Shown here: piece after piece, positions 61,256 through 64,000 of the stretch | Layout of the letters: each line of letters starts with the position of its first letter | Numbering within the stretch: the stretch's first letter is position 1 | Assembly: GCA_013239625.1 (NCBI GenBank) | Contig: MU053873.1 | Location: 198,524-262,523 of the forward strand | Length of the DNA: 64,000 nt | DNA from: Lama guanicoe | Lineage: Eukaryota | Direction: 5' to 3' | Notes under the pieces: model-generated | Told to the model about the DNA's origin: nothing | The model's database searches: none | The model's input: only the letters and a program-made list of their open reading frames with translations | Made by a program: the position numbers and the translations under genes

Positions 61256-62734
61256 GGAAAGCGGGACAAGGATGTCCGGTGGGGGCGGGAACCCTGTGAT
61301 CGCGAGCAGATGGACTCTGTTTTGCGATACCTCCTCGGTGTTGAGTACCAAGCATTTCCCAGCACCGAGGACAGATTTTTTTTCCCCCCTAAATGTCTTT
61401 ATCTTCTCACTTGGTCAAAGGGCAGCATCCAGGCAGAGAGGGGGTTTCTCTTCCGGGAGGACTGGCCCTGCTCCCCCATGGGCATTTTGGACAAAGGTTT
61501 ACCTTGGCTGCCTGTGGACTCTGCAGGCCCAGCTTCCTGAGCCAACTGTGCCTCCGCTCCACCTCCGGGCGTGGCTCCCCTATCTCAGGGCAGATTAACT
61601 TCCCTGGCACCGGCTTTGTTTAGGCTTCTTAAGGAGGAGCAGCCTCTGAGAGCGCAGCCTCTCCCTTCCACTCCCGGGCCAGGTTCTGCCGAGAACACTT
61701 GATTTAGAGCTTCTTGCTTTGCTTTCCCTGGCTGGGTGTCCCAGGCAGTAGGGGAAGCACCTAGGGCCCCGGGCTGTTTGTTGGGACTGGGGAGAGGGAT
61801 TCAGTTTCCCCAGTGAGGTGGCTCCAGCCCCCGCAGCCCTGGTGGGTCTGGGCTGTTTGTTGAACGTCTGCTCCTTTGGGTGGGTGGGGTAAGGCTGAGA
61901 AGGGGAAGCAGGAGCCTCGGGCTTGTGCAGCCCAAAGTCCTCTTCTGCGGGTAGACGTGTGCGATGGTGTGAGGGAGCCTGCTTCTCTGCAGGGGTCCTA
62001 TCAGGGAAAACCCTTCTGTGTTCATTTAAACACTTAAACATTTTTTCCTAAATCATTCTACCCCTATGCTCCCATCCCAAACCTCTGATTTCCTTTACCT
62101 CCTGCCTCTCAGGGATCAGAAAGGCAGGAGAGCCTTAGCTCAGAAGGGGCACAGTGGTCACGTGGCACAGTGGTCACGGCCACGCCCTCTCCATAGAGAA
62201 TCTCTTCCATAACATCTTAAGCTTCGTATCCACCAGCCTGCCAAGACCCTTTGGGGGCCGCTAGACTAAGCCTCCTGAGGGCAAGGCCTGAGTCTTTCTG
62301 GAACCTGTCACTGCCCCCAGCATCTGGCCAGGTACCTGCTGCTTGGCACATACTGGGCCTTGGAATGTATTTGTCAGATGGGAAAAGGATAAAGTAATTC
62401 ACTGCTGCTGCAGCTGCAGGTAGGCGGCCCTTGGTGGATGGCCTTAATCCAAAGTTCATTTGTATCTTTGAATCAAATTATACTGAGCTGAAATTTGCTT
62501 CCCTGTAAATGCCACTGCCTGGATCAATACAGATGAAGTGTACCACCAAAGCCTGAAACAGCCAAGGCAGACATTGTGCCCCTCTAAATGCCTCCTGGAG
62601 CTCAGCTGAATGTAGTTCCCATAACCATTCCTCAGATCACACAGATATGAGCAATATTTTCAATGGACATCTTGGAACATAGCTCACGAGCCAGACTCAA
62701 AATTCTAGACGTAGCCTGGTCAGAGACCAGCACA

Positions 62735-63277
62735 CTGGATTTTGTAGAATTGTGTCCCTAAAAGGATGTGCTGAAGTCCTAACCCCCCTGGTACCTGTGA
62801 ACGTGACCTTGTTTGGAAATAAGGTCTTTGCAGATGTCAGCAAGTTAAGATGAGACCATACTGGAGTAGGGTGGGCCCTTCAACCAGATTTGGAGACATA
62901 CAGACACACTCATGGGGAAGAGGGCCTTGTGAAGGCAGAGGTGGAGATTGGAGTGGTGCATCTACAAGTCAAGGATTGCCAAGAATTCCTGGCAACCACA
63001 GGAAGCTGAGAGCAGCCTGGAACAGATTCTCCCTCAGAGCGTCCAGAAAAAACCAGCCCCACTGAATCTTGTTTTCAGACTTGGACCTTCAGAGCTGTGA
63101 AAGAATACATTTCTATTGTTTTATTATTTTATCTTATTTTTTTACTGGAGGTACTGGGGATTGAACCCAGGACCTCATGCATGCTAAGCATGAGCTATAC
63201 CCTCCCGATCCACTTCTGTTGTTTTTAGCCACCCAGTTTGTGGTGCTTTGTTGCGGCAGCCCCAGGATACTAACGCA
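62735..63277 (+). mobile_element. MLT1 solo LTR (contains a SINE)
   Basis: gaattgtgtccc...gtgaccttgtttggaaataaggtctttgcagatgt...gccacccagtttgtggtgctttgttgcggcagccccagga. Confidence 0.85.
63123..63207 (-). mobile_element. tRNA-derived SINE (vic-1-like) inserted in an MLT1 LTR
   Basis: Antisense GGGAGGGTATAGCTCATGCTTAGCATGCATGAGGTCCTGGGTTCAATCCCCAGTACCTCC; TSD catttctattgtttt 63108-63122 / cacttctgttgtttt 63211-63225. Confidence 0.85.
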
Positions 63278-63374
63278 CCGGACCACTACCCACCTTGACT
63301 TGTACATCAATACAAAACATCATTCTTTATAACCCTGTAATTACACCCTTAAAAATTTAAAGGGGCCAGCTAAA

Positions 63375-63870
63375 AACTACTGGAATTAATAATAGAAATA
63401 TTTAGAAAAATGACACAAGATGAACCCACCAAAGTCAAGGCACTTAAAGCCAGTAAGCTACTGAGAACCCTAATCACAATATCCCATTCATAGTAGCACC
63501 TGAAACCACAAACCACTTCTCGGTAAACCTGCACGGGATCTTGATAAAAAACACTATACAATTTTGTTGCAAAAATTTTAAAGAGATCTGAATAAAATAG
63601 GTGTTGCTAAATGGGAAAATTTCATTTGGAAAATTTCATCAGTCCCAAATTAATTTGCTGATTCGTTATGATTCCAGTGAAAACCCCAGAGGAGGAACTG
63701 ATTTGGGGAAGAAAAAAACCCACATTTAATGAATGAGAGAAAATGGCAAAAAATTGTGAAAAAGAAGGCTAAGGTGAGGTGCAGTGGGGGCGGCCAGTCT
63801 TACCAGTCATTAGACCAAATTAACTAAAAATACGAATATGATACAAAATAGTAGCACAAACCAACAGATG
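63375..63870 (+). mobile_element. Ancient L1 ORF2-region relic
   Basis: A-rich; cccattcatagtagca, aaaacactatacaattttgttg, aaagagatctgaataaa, agtcttaccag. Confidence 0.55.
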
Positions 63871-64000
63871 CTGGTTCAATATCTATGAGCCTCTTCCAGA
63901 AACAAGCCCAAAGTGAGTGTGATGGGTGAGACAGGGTCCAAAGAAGACAAAATGACAATATTGAGAATTTGGGGCACTTGGGCACTTAGATTGAAGAAAA

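Noticed and set aside
33800-64000. Exons of the neighbouring gene HORMAD2 or extra LIF/OSM paralogues
   Set aside because: No translated segment resembles a HORMA domain or a four-helix cytokine. By recalled human synteny, HORMAD2 (3') and CASTOR1 (5') fall outside the window.
1-64000. CRISPR arrays, operons, rRNA or other prokaryotic systems
   Set aside because: The sequence is clearly mammalian (spliceosomal introns, LINE/SINE/LTR relics) and shows no repeat-spacer arrays or rRNA similarity.

Overview
Mammalian (eukaryotic) genomic DNA containing the tandem IL-6-family cytokine genes OSM (oncostatin M; 3 coding exons, 8991-11907, 236 aa) and LIF (leukemia inhibitory factor; 3 coding exons, 27713-30634, 202 aa), both on the + strand. 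tRNA-derived SINEs resembling vic-1 suggest a camelid. The rest is intergenic or intronic: L1, L2, MIR, MLT1 and MER DNA-transposon relics, microsatellites, two N gaps and one apparently exact 511-bp tandem duplication. Nearly all ORFs in the supplied track are chance ORFs of GC-rich DNA. I found no new multi-gene system. The most interesting points are: (1) a strongly shortened OSM B-C loop and a relocated free Cys; (2) an alternative LIF first exon (LIF-M-like) with an in-frame ATG, inside an open frame that runs on from the canonical LIF ATG; (3) an apparently degenerate p53 element in LIF intron 1; (4) MER20 elements downstream of LIF, one partly duplicated. Comparisons with human or mouse sequences are from memory and need alignment to confirm. 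Repeat family names and boundaries are approximate.
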